Origin: Nannocystis bainbridge
Lineage (GTDB): Bacteria > Myxococcota_A > Polyangia > Nannocystales > Nannocystaceae
DNA: 64,000 nucleotides
Direction: 5' to 3'
NCBI RefSeq assembly: GCF_028368995.1
Contig: NZ_JAQNDL010000003.1
Coordinates: 832,001 to 896,000, forward strand
Shown here: one piece after another, positions 1 to 8,587 of the stretch
Numbering within the stretch: position 1 is the stretch's first letter
Layout of the letters: the number at the start of each line of letters is the position of its first letter
Program-made: the position numbers and the translations under genes
Notes under the pieces: model-generated
What the model was told of the DNA's origin: nothing
The model's database searches: none
Seen by the model: the letters and a program-made list of their open reading frames with translations, nothing else

Positions 1-332
1 AACCGGCGGATCGATGTCAGCGTGGCGAACGAGATTGTGCTCGGCGGGGTACGCCGGAAGCACGCGTGTCAGTGAGTTCCGCGCCGGGAATCGAGTCGTG
101 CTCTCTGATGAGCTGCCTGTCTCGCCCGCGAGATCGAGGGGACGAAAGATCTGTCCGCGGTCGCTTCACGCACCACCGGATGGTCCTCGAGCCGGTGACG
201 GTGGCGCTGGCCGAGGTGGACTCGGTGGACGAACCATCGTCGCCCGCGTGCCGTCCTTGTTGAGCGTGAGGCCGGCGGGGTCGACGACGGCCTAGCTGGC
301 GATCGACCGGAGCGCGCCGCGAGCCTGACCAG

Positions 333-390
333 GCATGATCAAGCATGATCAACCATAACCATGCTTGATCATGCTTGATCATGCTTGATC
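333..390. repeat. 10-bp-periodic inverted repeat (GATCAAGCAT / ATGCTTGATC units)
   Basis: 333-352 gcatgatcaagcatgatcaa is the exact reverse complement of 365-384; ATGCTTGATC occurs three times in tandem at 361-390. Confidence 0.85.
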
Positions 391-548
391 CGGAGGACCA
401 GCCGGAGACGGCGACTCGGATCGACGAAGAAGCCACGTCGATCCTGAAGTGACGAAAAATCTGGCAGACCGCGAACGGTTGATATATAGTAGCCTCAACG
501 TTGTGGTCCCCGGCCTGTCGCCGGGTGCGCGACGTCATGGGAGTTACA

Positions 549-734
549 ATGATCATGCGTTGTCTCGTCATTTCCACGCTCTTTGCCATCACCCTGACCG
601 CCTGCGAGGACGATCTCACCGAGGAGGAACTCGATATCATTGCCGAGGAGGCTGAGCAGGCCGAAGTGGAGTTCGAGCCTCCCGCCATGATGCCCGAGCC
701 CATGCCCGAGCCCGACCCCGAGCCTGTGACCTGA
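549..734 (+). CDS. small acidic (Glu-rich) lipoprotein
   Basis: MIMRCLVISTLFAITLTAC signal with lipobox, followed by EDDLTEEELDIIAEEAEQAEVEFE and PE repeats; AT-rich promoter-like tract at ~445-500. Confidence 0.7.
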   Translation: MIMRCLVISTLFAITLTACEDDLTEEELDIIAEEAEQAEVEFEPPAMMPEPMPEPDPEPVT

Positions 735-1077
735 GGCGTTGGCTGCGCGCGCCACGTCGACGACGGGGCCGTTGTCGTCGACGGGCGCAGCGGACGAGGC
801 CTGGCGCGAGCGCCTTTGCACGCCCCGCCGCAGCGCGGCTCTGCGCGTGCTTCAGTGGGAGGTCGACCGCGGCTTGCGACGCGCGCCGATGCTTCATCAC
901 GACGTCCATGAATGTCCACGCGCCTCTCCCCAGCGATGAATCGATAGCGTCGAGCGATGTGTCTCGACCGCGTGCCCCGCACATTCTCGTCGCCATGGGG
1001 ACAAATGTTGCCCGTGCCGGACGGGCCTCGTCTCGCTCCTCGACAGTGCGCAATAAACTTGGCAAATAGGGACTCTC

Positions 1078-1629
1078 ATGACCTACACTTTGCCGCGGCT
1101 CCGCGACCGGCTCTGCGTCGCCGGCTTCATCGCGTTTTGGCTCGTGCCACTGGTGTGGCATGGGTTCGTCTCGCCGGCCCGGCTCCCTGGCGAGCCGGCG
1201 ATTTTCCACCGCTGGCACAGCATCAGCTGCCTGTTCACCGACAGGCCGAATCAGCGCAACACCTACTACGTCCAGGTGCGCTATTTCGGTCAGTCCGAGT
1301 GGGAGACCCTCGACCTCGCCGGCTACTTCGAGATGGAGCCCTTCGGCTACCGCACCCGTATGCACCGATATCTCGTGCGATGGCGGGGCAAGAAGTCGCG
1401 CGGGCGCGAGGAGTTGGCCGCCTGGCTGTATCGTCGCCACGCCGAGCTGCACCCGGACCGCGAGCTGCCGAGCGAGCTGCGCTTCGTCCACGCCTGGACG
1501 ATCCCCAGCGTCGACGAGCCGCCGACCGGCGACGCTCGCCCGCCCCCGCTGTCGGAGTTCCCCGAGGAGCGCACCCAAATCATGTCGCTACACGCGCCGC
1601 CGCCGGAGCTCGCAGATGCGCATCACTGA
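1078..1629 (+). CDS. membrane-anchored partner of HTTM protein (SdpA/DUF5819-like)
   Basis: N-terminal TM segment, WHSISCLFTDRP motif, typical codon usage; overlaps the start of the HTTM gene. Confidence 0.6.
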   Translation: MTYTLPRLRDRLCVAGFIAFWLVPLVWHGFVSPARLPGEPAIFHRWHSISCLFTDRPNQRNTYYVQVRYFGQSEWETLDLAGYFEMEPFGYRTRMHRYLVRWRGKKSRGREELAAWLYRRHAELHPDRELPSELRFVHAWTIPSVDEPPTGDARPPPLSEFPEERTQIMSLHAPPPELADAHH

Positions 1630-2455
1630 CGGCTGGAACCGCTACTGGTACGGCCCAGTGCCGGCCGTCCGCCTGGCCGCGTTCCGCCAGGCGATCCTGT
1701 TCATGCTGGCGATCTATATGCTCGCCCGCTGGATGTACGCCGCCGAATGGTTGACCGAGGCTGGCTTTCACCCCTCGCGCGTCGCCGACCGCGTCAACAC
1801 CCCGAAGCTGCCTCTGCTGCCTCCTGCCCTGCTGCAGGTGTTCGGCCTCGGCCTCCTCGCCAGCATCGTTTTCGCCCTCGTCGGCTGGCTGCGCCGCCCG
1901 GCCACGATCGTCGCGCTGTTGCTGGTCGTCTACGTCACGTTCGTCGACCCGGTCTCGGCCTTCACCCTCAATCATCTGTTCATCCTGTCGCTGTTGGTCC
2001 TGGCCCTCGCACCGGCACCGTCGAGTGACGGTACGATGCCCGCCTGGCTGGTGCGCGTGCTGCAGCTGACCCTCCTCGTGCATTATGCCAGCTCGGGCAT
2101 ATGCAAGTCCCTGCGCGGCGACTGGCTCATCAGCCATGACGTGTTGTGGGCCCAGCTGCAGAACGTCTACATGACCGATGCGGCGGCCCTGTTCGTGCGC
2201 CTGACGCCGACCTGGGCGATGACCCTGCTGCAGCACGCCGCCCTCGGCTTCGAGCTGCTCGCGCCGCTGCTGATCGGCGTCCGCCGGCTGCGGCCCTTCG
2301 GCCTGGCCATCGGCGTCGCCATGCACGTCATGATCGCCGTGACCATGCATTTGCTGTTCTATTTCAGCGCGCAGATGCTGTGCTTCTATCTGCTGTTCCT
2401 GGACGCCGAGTCCCTGCGGCGCTGGCACGTCCGCCTGGGCCTCCGGCATATGTAG
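1616..2455 (+). CDS. HTTM-domain membrane protein (SdpB / vitamin K-dependent carboxylase-like)
   Basis: ATG 1616 MRITDGWNRYWYGPVPAVRLAAFR; multiple TM helices; motifs LQLTLLVHYASSGICK and FELLAPLLI..RRLRPFGLAIGVAMH typical of HTTM proteins. Confidence 0.75.
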   Translation: MRITDGWNRYWYGPVPAVRLAAFRQAILFMLAIYMLARWMYAAEWLTEAGFHPSRVADRVNTPKLPLLPPALLQVFGLGLLASIVFALVGWLRRPATIVALLLVVYVTFVDPVSAFTLNHLFILSLLVLALAPAPSSDGTMPAWLVRVLQLTLLVHYASSGICKSLRGDWLISHDVLWAQLQNVYMTDAAALFVRLTPTWAMTLLQHAALGFELLAPLLIGVRRLRPFGLAIGVAMHVMIAVTMHLLFYFSAQMLCFYLLFLDAESLRRWHVRLGLRHM

Positions 2456-2499
2456 CGACATGAGCCGGCCGCGCGTGTGCGGCGTACGAACTCGGGATA

Positions 2500-3206
2500 C
2501 ATGACCTCGCCCTGCTGGGCCCCGCCTTCGAGCGTGTCGACGCGAGCAGCAGGTCGCCCGAGGCAACGAAGCGCTGGGCGCGCACGCTCGAGCAGGAGCT
2601 CTTCGCGCAGCTCCTCGCGCTTGGGCAGGCGCCGGATCTAAAGTCCGGCGCAGAGCCCCAGAAGTTGCCAGCGCCGACGTTCCATGCGTTCGCACGCGAG
2701 TTCCTCGAACTGTGCGAGACCGACCGCCTCGGAATCAACACGCGCATGAACTACGACGTCCACCTGCCCCTCTACCTACTCCCGGCACTCGGCCGGCGGC
2801 GGCTCGACGAGATCACGCCGCAGGATATCACCAAGCTCAAGAAATCGCTGGCGAAGAAGTCGCATAACACCAGCTGCGAGGTCCTGAAGACTCTGCGCCG
2901 GGTACTCAACGGCGCAATCGCGGAAAGAAAGATCGAGTGCGCGCCGGTGGAGTTCGACATCCCGCGTCGGGGTCCATCGACTTCCAATCGCGTACGATGA
3001 TCACGAACAGGAGGCCCTCCTGGCCCGGTCTGCCCTGGCGCGGCACCCGTGTCCTCCGCAAGACCTGCGGCACCCGGATCGCCGATGGTGGTGGCGGCGT
3101 AGCGGCCGTCGCCACCCACCTCCGGCACAAGGACCTCGGGACCGCGAGCCGGTACATCGACCGCCGCGGCGCTACCTCGCGTGCGCTTAAGGCGCTGGAG
3201 AGCTAG
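2500..3206 (+). pseudogene. internally deleted tyrosine recombinase/phage integrase
   Basis: N-terminal binding-domain-like segment (TFHAFAREFL...LLPALGRRRLDEITPQDI) stops at 3000; C-terminal catalytic remnant RVLRKTCGT...HLRHKDLGTASRY is in another frame; the middle of the catalytic domain is missing. Confidence 0.75.
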
Positions 3207-3305
3207 TGGAGGCGCAATATCGCTCTCCGCTAAATCGTAGAAATGAACTAATAATTCTAGATAAACTTCACTGCTTCGAGCAATGACCCGAGCCAGGCCC
3301 TCGCG

Positions 3306-5261
3306 ATGACCGCCGCCTCCCCCGACCGTCTGCTCGGCACCGTCCTCGAGGGCCGCTACGAGCTCCTCAGCGTGCTCGGGCGCGGCGGCATGGGCAGCGT
3401 CTACATCGCCGAGGACGTCCATCTGCGCCGGCGCTGCGCCCTCAAGGTCCTGCACCCGCATTTTGCCGAGGAGCGGGCCCACGTCGAGCGCTTCCTGCGG
3501 GAGGCGCAGATGATCGCCCGGCTCGAGCACCCCAACATCGTCGACATCTACTCGTTCGGCGAAGACCCCTCGGGCCTGGTCTTCTTCGCCATGGAGCTGC
3601 TGCAGGGCGAAGATCTCTACACGCGGCTCAAGGCCAGGGACACCCGGCCCTACGACATCCACGAGGCCTGCCTGTGGGCGCTCCAGCTCGCCCGCGCCGT
3701 CGGCTGCGTGCACGACGGCGGCCTCATTCACCGCGACCTCAAGACCCCCAACATCTTCCTCGCCCGCAAGCGCGACGGCGAGGAAGTCGTCAAGCTGCTC
3801 GATTTCGGCATCGCCCGGCCCGAGGAGGGCTCCGAGCTGACCCGCACCGGCGTGCTGCTCGGCACGCCGACGTACATGTCGCCCGAGCAGATCCAGAACG
3901 CCGCGCTCGATCGCCGGACCGACATCTACTCGTTCGGGGTCCTGCTGTTCCGGCTCGTCACCGGCCGCTTCCCGTTCACCGGCGAGATGGTCCACATCGC
4001 CATGGCCCACTGCCAGCAGCCGCCGCCGCGACCCACGGAGCTCGCCCCCGACGCCGGCATCTCGCCCGCGCTCGAGGCCATCATCCTGCGCGCGCTCGCC
4101 AAGCAGCCCGCCGACCGCTTCCAATCGATGCCCGACATCGAGGCCGCGCTGACGGACCTGCTGCGCGACGAGGCGCCGGAGCTGCTCCCTGTCTCTCGGG
4201 CCACGCGGAGCTCGGCCGGAACCTCGATCCGCGCCGCGACCTCGCTCTCGGCCCCGATCGCGAATGCCGCCGCCTCCTCGCTCTCGGCCCCGGTCGCCCA
4301 CGCCGCCGCCTCCTCGCTCTCGGCCCCGCTCGCTTCCCCGCTCTCGACCCCCGAATCACTCGCGGCCGCGTCCTCGAAGTCGGCCGCGGTCTCGCCCTCA
4401 TTCTCCGCCGCCGCCTCGATGTCGGGCGCTGCGGCTGCGGCCCCGGCCGCCTCGGCGAGCGCGGCTCCGGTCTCGCTCTCCGCCGCCTCCTCGGCCGCCG
4501 CGGCGCCCGAGGCCTCGATCGCTAGCGGCGCTGCGCCTTTCTCGGCCCCGGCCTCGCTCGCGCCCTCGCTCTCCGCCGCAGCGCCCTCCGCCTCGATCTC
4601 GAGCGGCGCTGCGCCTTCGACCTCGGCCGCGCTCTCGCTCGCCGATGCCGCCTCGCGCGCCGGCGATCCCGACGACGCGACCGACCCGACGCGCATCTTC
4701 ATCGCGGGCGCTCCCGCGGCGACCGGACCTGCCGCCAGTCGCTGGCCGCTGCGCGCCGCCCTCGGCGGCGGCCTCGTCGTCCTGGTCATCGTCGCCGTCA
4801 GCCTGCTGCGCGGCCCGCCTGCGCCTCCCGCAGCGCCGCCCCCGACCGCCGCTGCGAACCTCGTCCCTGACCCGCCCGCGCCCGTCGAGCGAGCGGTCGT
4901 CGAGCCCGCAGCAGTCATCCCCGCCGCGCCCGTCGCCGAGCCCGCGCCCGACCCGTCGGTCGAGCCGGCCGCGTCCGACCCGTCGCCGAAGCTCGAGCCC
5001 GCCGCGTCCGTCCCGAAGGCCAAGGCCAGCGCCCCGCTCGACCCGCTCAAGCAGATCGAGCGCAAGGCCCTCGCCTGCCGGCGCAAGCACAAGGCTGTCG
5101 GCGGCCCGGCCGTCACCATCGACTATGCCATCGGCGCCGACGGCACGGTCACGAGATCGATCCCCTCGAGCGGCGGCCACCTCGGCGACTGCCTCGCCGA
5201 CGCCGTGAAGAAGACCCGGTTCGAGCCCAAGCTGGTGTTCGGCCGCAAGCTGCAGCTCTGA
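3306..5261 (+). CDS. Ser/Thr protein kinase with Ala/Ser-rich linker, TM helix and C-terminal TonB_C-like domain
   Basis: GRGGMG, ALKV, HRDLKTPN, DFG, GTPTYMSPEQ motifs; TM GGGLVVLVIVAVSLL. Confidence 0.95.
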   Translation: MTAASPDRLLGTVLEGRYELLSVLGRGGMGSVYIAEDVHLRRRCALKVLHPHFAEERAHVERFLREAQMIARLEHPNIVDIYSFGEDPSGLVFFAMELLQGEDLYTRLKARDTRPYDIHEACLWALQLARAVGCVHDGGLIHRDLKTPNIFLARKRDGEEVVKLLDFGIARPEEGSELTRTGVLLGTPTYMSPEQIQNAALDRRTDIYSFGVLLFRLVTGRFPFTGEMVHIAMAHCQQPPPRPTELAPDAGISPALEAIILRALAKQPADRFQSMPDIEAALTDLLRDEAPELLPVSRATRSSAGTSIRAATSLSAPIANAAASSLSAPVAHAAASSLSAPLASPLSTPESLAAASSKSAAVSPSFSAAASMSGAAAAAPAASASAAPVSLSAASSAAAAPEASIASGAAPFSAPASLAPSLSAAAPSASISSGAAPSTSAALSLADAASRAGDPDDATDPTRIFIAGAPAATGPAASRWPLRAALGGGLVVLVIVAVSLLRGPPAPPAAPPPTAAANLVPDPPAPVERAVVEPAAVIPAAPVAEPAPDPSVEPAASDPSPKLEPAASVPKAKASAPLDPLKQIERKALACRRKHKAVGGPAVTIDYAIGADGTVTRSIPSSGGHLGDCLADAVKKTRFEPKLVFGRKLQL

Positions 5262-5407
5262 TCCGCGGCCGCCGGCAAGGCTCCAAGAAATTTGGTTCAA
5301 GCCCAAGCTGGTGTTCGGCCGCAAGCTGCAGCTCTGATCCGCGGCCGCCGCAGAGCTCCAGGAAGACCCGGTTCGAGCCCAAGCTGCAGCTCTGATCCCG
5401 GCCGCCG
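5208..5407 (+). repeat. three tandem copies of the kinase 3' end
   Basis: aagaagacccggttcgagcccaagctg...cagctctgatccgcggccgccg at ~5208, ~5285 and ~5360 (third copy has an internal deletion). Confidence 0.85.
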
Positions 5408-5420
5408 ACAAACATCTCGA

Positions 5421-5487
5421 AGGACATGTCGCCAGGGACATGTCACTGAGAGCATGCCGCAAAGGACATGTCCTCGTGGACATGTCC
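5421..5487. repeat. GGACATGTCC palindrome array, 14-bp period (5 units)
   Basis: CATG cores at 5425, 5439, 5453, 5467, 5481. Confidence 0.9.
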
Positions 5488-5527
5488 ACACGGCTCCTCG
5501 AGTTTCACCGCGGAGCGCCGGCCCGCC

Positions 5528-6268
5528 TCACCCTGGCCCCTGAAAGCCCCCGGCGCGGAACGTCAGCACCAGGGTGTCGCGGTGCCCGCCCGCCTCGTCC
5601 AGCGGCTGGATCGGCGTCGCCTCGTGGATCACCCGCGCGTCGTCCAGCAGCAGCAGCGTCCACGGCTCGCGCATCATGAAGCGCAGGCCGTGCGGGCCCT
5701 CGGCCTGGAACACGCGCGTCTCGCCGCCCTTGATCGCCCGGCGCGCCACCAGCACCACCACCACGAAATCGACCCCGTCGCGGTGCGCCCCCTCGGGGGT
5801 CGGGCGGCCGATCCCGTCCGAAGTGTCGATGCGGAACTGATGCGCCTCGACGAACCAGCGCGGCACAGCTGGCGCCAGCGCGCTGCACGTCGCACCCAGC
5901 CGCCGCAGCAGCGCCGCCCACACCGGCTGCGCCGTCACCTCCGGCAGCATCGGCTCGAACCACCGCTCCAGGCCGCCGTGCAGCGCGTTGTACTCGAGCG
6001 GCTGCCAGTGCGCCCGGTGCGGCGTGAGCTCGACCTGCAGCCCCTCGACGACGAAGCACGAGTGCCGGCGCCGGCGATAACGACCGCCGTCGCGCAAGTA
6101 CGTGTCGGGCGGCAGATCGTCCCACGACGGCTGCAGCGCCTGCAGGTCGCCGAGCCCCTGAGGCAACCAGGACGCCAGGCCCCGGGCAGACACGAGCGCG
6201 TAACCGTCGCGGCGCACGGCCGCCTCGACGTCGGCGGGATCGGTGAAAGGAGGGATCGGCCGGGTCAT
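5528..6268 (-). CDS. 2OG-Fe(II) dioxygenase family protein (BsmA-like)
   Basis: YRRRRHS, EAHQFRI, PTPEGAHRDGVDFV (HxD) and HEATPI...RDTLVLTF motifs. Confidence 0.85.
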   Translation of the reverse strand: MTRPIPPFTDPADVEAAVRRDGYALVSARGLASWLPQGLGDLQALQPSWDDLPPDTYLRDGGRYRRRRHSCFVVEGLQVELTPHRAHWQPLEYNALHGGLERWFEPMLPEVTAQPVWAALLRRLGATCSALAPAVPRWFVEAHQFRIDTSDGIGRPTPEGAHRDGVDFVVVVLVARRAIKGGETRVFQAEGPHGLRFMMREPWTLLLLDDARVIHEATPIQPLDEAGGHRDTLVLTFRAGGFQGPG

Positions 6269-6376
6269 CGCGGACAGGGAGCTCGCTCGGCGGCGAATGT
6301 ACCACCCCCCGGGCCCGCTCGCGGCTCGCCGCAGCCGTGGCCCGGGCCCGATCTCCTCGCTCGGTCGGCGTCCTGC

Positions 6377-7126
6377 TCAGCCCGAGTGCAGCGCCGCGAT
6401 CGCGTCGAGATCGAAGCCGCCGCCGACGCCGCCGCACCAGGTGCTGTCGCCGTAGAACGCGACGCCGACGTCGACCAGGCGGACGTAGCGCGCGGACGAC
6501 AGTCCGACGTCCGCGAGATCGAAGGCGTCACCACCCGCGGCCCCGGGGTCGGTCGGATCGATGCCGTTGTCCGGGCTGCTGAGCACCGGCGTCACCCCGG
6601 CGCAGCCGCGCGGCAGCTCCGCGGAGAGATCGCAGGGGAACACCTTCCAGGTCACCCCGTCCTCGCTGACCAGCACCTGCGCCGGCTCGACGAAGGTGAT
6701 CGATCCGGCGACGAACGGGTTCTCGAACACGATGAAGTCCGGGCCCGGCCCGTCGACCAGCCCCGGATCGTCGAAGAAGACCGTGATCGTCCCGTCGCAG
6801 CCGAGCGACACCACGTCCACGCTCCCGTTCTCCACGCCGCGCCCGACAGGAGGCCCGAGGACGACCTCGGGCAGCAGGTCGTGCCCGAACGTCGCGCCGA
6901 ACGGCGCGAACGATTCGACGCAGTCGATGAACGCATCGCTCGGCGCGTCGCCGGCTTCACACACGAACTCGACCGGGGACATGTCGAGCTCGACGGGCTC
7001 CGTGGTCCCGCCGGTCGTGGGTTCGCCGCCGGTGGACGTGCTGTCTCCGTCGGTCTCGTTGCCGCTGGGGTCGCCGCACGCGCAGAGCAGCGCGGCGGCC
7101 AGGCTGAGGGTCGTGGCGCGCGACAT
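6377..7126 (-). CDS. cell-surface lipoprotein, candidate cobalamin-binding (BtuH-like motif pattern)
   Basis: LLCAC lipobox; VVSLG..GTITVFFD..DGPGPDFIVFENPF, EPAQVLVSEDG, GGDAFDL, GFDLDAI motifs; alternative GTG start at 7141 overlaps the upstream stop. Confidence 0.75.
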   Translation of the reverse strand: MSRATTLSLAAALLCACGDPSGNETDGDSTSTGGEPTTGGTTEPVELDMSPVEFVCEAGDAPSDAFIDCVESFAPFGATFGHDLLPEVVLGPPVGRGVENGSVDVVSLGCDGTITVFFDDPGLVDGPGPDFIVFENPFVAGSITFVEPAQVLVSEDGVTWKVFPCDLSAELPRGCAGVTPVLSSPDNGIDPTDPGAAGGDAFDLADVGLSSARYVRLVDVGVAFYGDSTWCGGVGGGFDLDAIAALHSG

Positions 7127-7137
7127 GGCTCGGGCCG

Positions 7138-7557
7138 TCACGGGGTCAGCGAGGTCCACGGGAAGCCGCTGCATCCCGTCATGAGGTCGGTCGGATCGGC
7201 GGCGGTCGCCGCCTCCGCTGCGGCCTCGTCGGCGGCGTCGAAGGCCGACTGGCAATAATAGACATCGTCCCCGTCGACGTGCCAATCGAAGCGCGAGAAC
7301 AGATCGGGGTTGAAGGCGTTGTCCGCGTCGTTCTGGGCGACCAAACGATCGCGCTCGTTGTCGAAGCTGAGCACGTGAAAGACATCGGTGCCCATCGTCC
7401 AGGCGTCCGCGTCGATGGTGTGCTTGCCGCCGTACTGGTCGGTGTACTCGCCCTCGATCTCGGGCACCTCCGGCGCGTCGCCGGCGTCGTCACAGGCCGC
7501 CAGAGCCAGGCAGAAGGACAGCAGGAGGGTGTTTCGGGGCTGATTCAGCGTCATCAT
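7138..7557 (-). CDS. lipoprotein of unknown function downstream of the cobalamin riboswitch
   Basis: MMTLNQPRNTLLLSFCLALAAC lipobox; YYCQ...GCSGFPWT Cys pair; high-GC codon usage. Confidence 0.8.
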   Translation of the reverse strand: MMTLNQPRNTLLLSFCLALAACDDAGDAPEVPEIEGEYTDQYGGKHTIDADAWTMGTDVFHVLSFDNERDRLVAQNDADNAFNPDLFSRFDWHVDGDDVYYCQSAFDAADEAAAEAATAADPTDLMTGCSGFPWTSLTP

Positions 7558-7929
7558 GATTCGTCTCGATCGTCGTCGTCGTCGTCCTGAGCTCGCGTGA
7601 TGTCGTGATGGCGCGCCGGCACCCGCGGCGCGCGTACGGCCGGCGACGCGACCGCGAGCCCGGCGCGCGCGCGCTGCAGGCTCGTGTTCGTCGTCGTCTC
7701 GCTGTTGGTCTCGCCCTGCATCGCCGTTCCTCGCGTGAAGCCGCGGGGCGGGTGCCGGAGCAGAGGGTTCGACCTGCGAACGCCTTGCGCCGACCCTTCG
7801 CCCCCACGGGCGACCGGACACGACGCAGACGGAATCAGAGCAGGCGAACACGCTCGCGCGTGTGACTTGCACCTTGCCTCCCGCGAGGCGACCAGGTCGA
7901 ACAGAGACGGATTTCTCCCGGCTCCGGGC

Positions 7930-8063
7930 GGTGGCAGGTATTCGGGCTCACGAGCGCTCCTCCGGGCGAACCAGGCGGATTCTCGCGTACCGTTGCGGGG
8001 CAGCCCCGGACTCGAACCGGGTTCCCTGTGAAACCATCCTCGGAGGAGGACGGCACCAGCGCC
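7930..8063 (-). ncRNA. cobalamin (B12) riboswitch
   Basis: minus strand reads ggtgcc...acagggaacccggttcgagtccggggctgccccgcaacggt...gagcccgaatacctgcc, matching the B12-element consensus (AGGGAAxxxGG, CTGCCCCGCAACxGT, AGCCxGAAxACCTGCC). Confidence 0.92.
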
Positions 8064-8276
8064 AACCCCAAGATATAGGGGTCGACTTCGCCCGTCAATC
8101 ACAATCTGTGGTGATCACCCTGCACACGAGGACGCCGAGAATCTCTACCTGCGGAGAGCCACGCGGAAGGATCGCGGGATCGATCGCCGCGACGACGTCC
8201 GTCGCGCAGTCAGCGTGACGAGCCGAGGTCGCACCGCGCCGGAGCATCGAACAGCCACATGTCCCCGAGGACAGGT

Positions 8277-8378
8277 TCATCCCTGCGGTCGCACGAACAG
8301 CATGAAGATGGCGACCCCGGCGCCCACGAAGAGCGCGAGCAGCAGGAGCGCCTGACGAGCCTCGGCGGAGGAGTCCAT
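8277..8378 (-). CDS. putative 33-aa membrane protein
   Basis: MDSSAEARQALLLLALFVGAGVAIFMLFVRPQG, one TM helix, GC-rich third codon positions; below the ORF-track length cut-off. Confidence 0.5.
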   Translation of the reverse strand: MDSSAEARQALLLLALFVGAGVAIFMLFVRPQG

Positions 8379-8587
8379 CTTCACGACGCTAGCAGAGCGA
8401 AGCCGGAAGCGGACCGGCGCGGCATCGCGTCGCACCGCCGACGAGTCGTGCGACACCGCGTCGCGGCGCGAACGACTGCTCGACGCTGCTGCCGACGCGC
8501 GAGATCCTGCCCGGCGCGTCCGACGTCAGGCGGCCCGTGGTGGGCCCATCCTTCGCAGGTTTGTGCCCTGGCCGTCGGACGCATTCT

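Noticed and set aside
1-300. Possible gene fragment at the window start
   Set aside because: No recognisable motif or consistent coding frame
3243-3270. dif (XerCD) site
   Set aside because: Only a partial match to a XerD arm (CTAGATAAACT); the XerC arm and TAA-N6-TTA symmetry are absent
8000-8030. tRNA-like T-arm (GGTTCGAGTCC) on the minus strand
   Set aside because: No acceptor or anticodon stems; it is the T-loop within the cobalamin riboswitch
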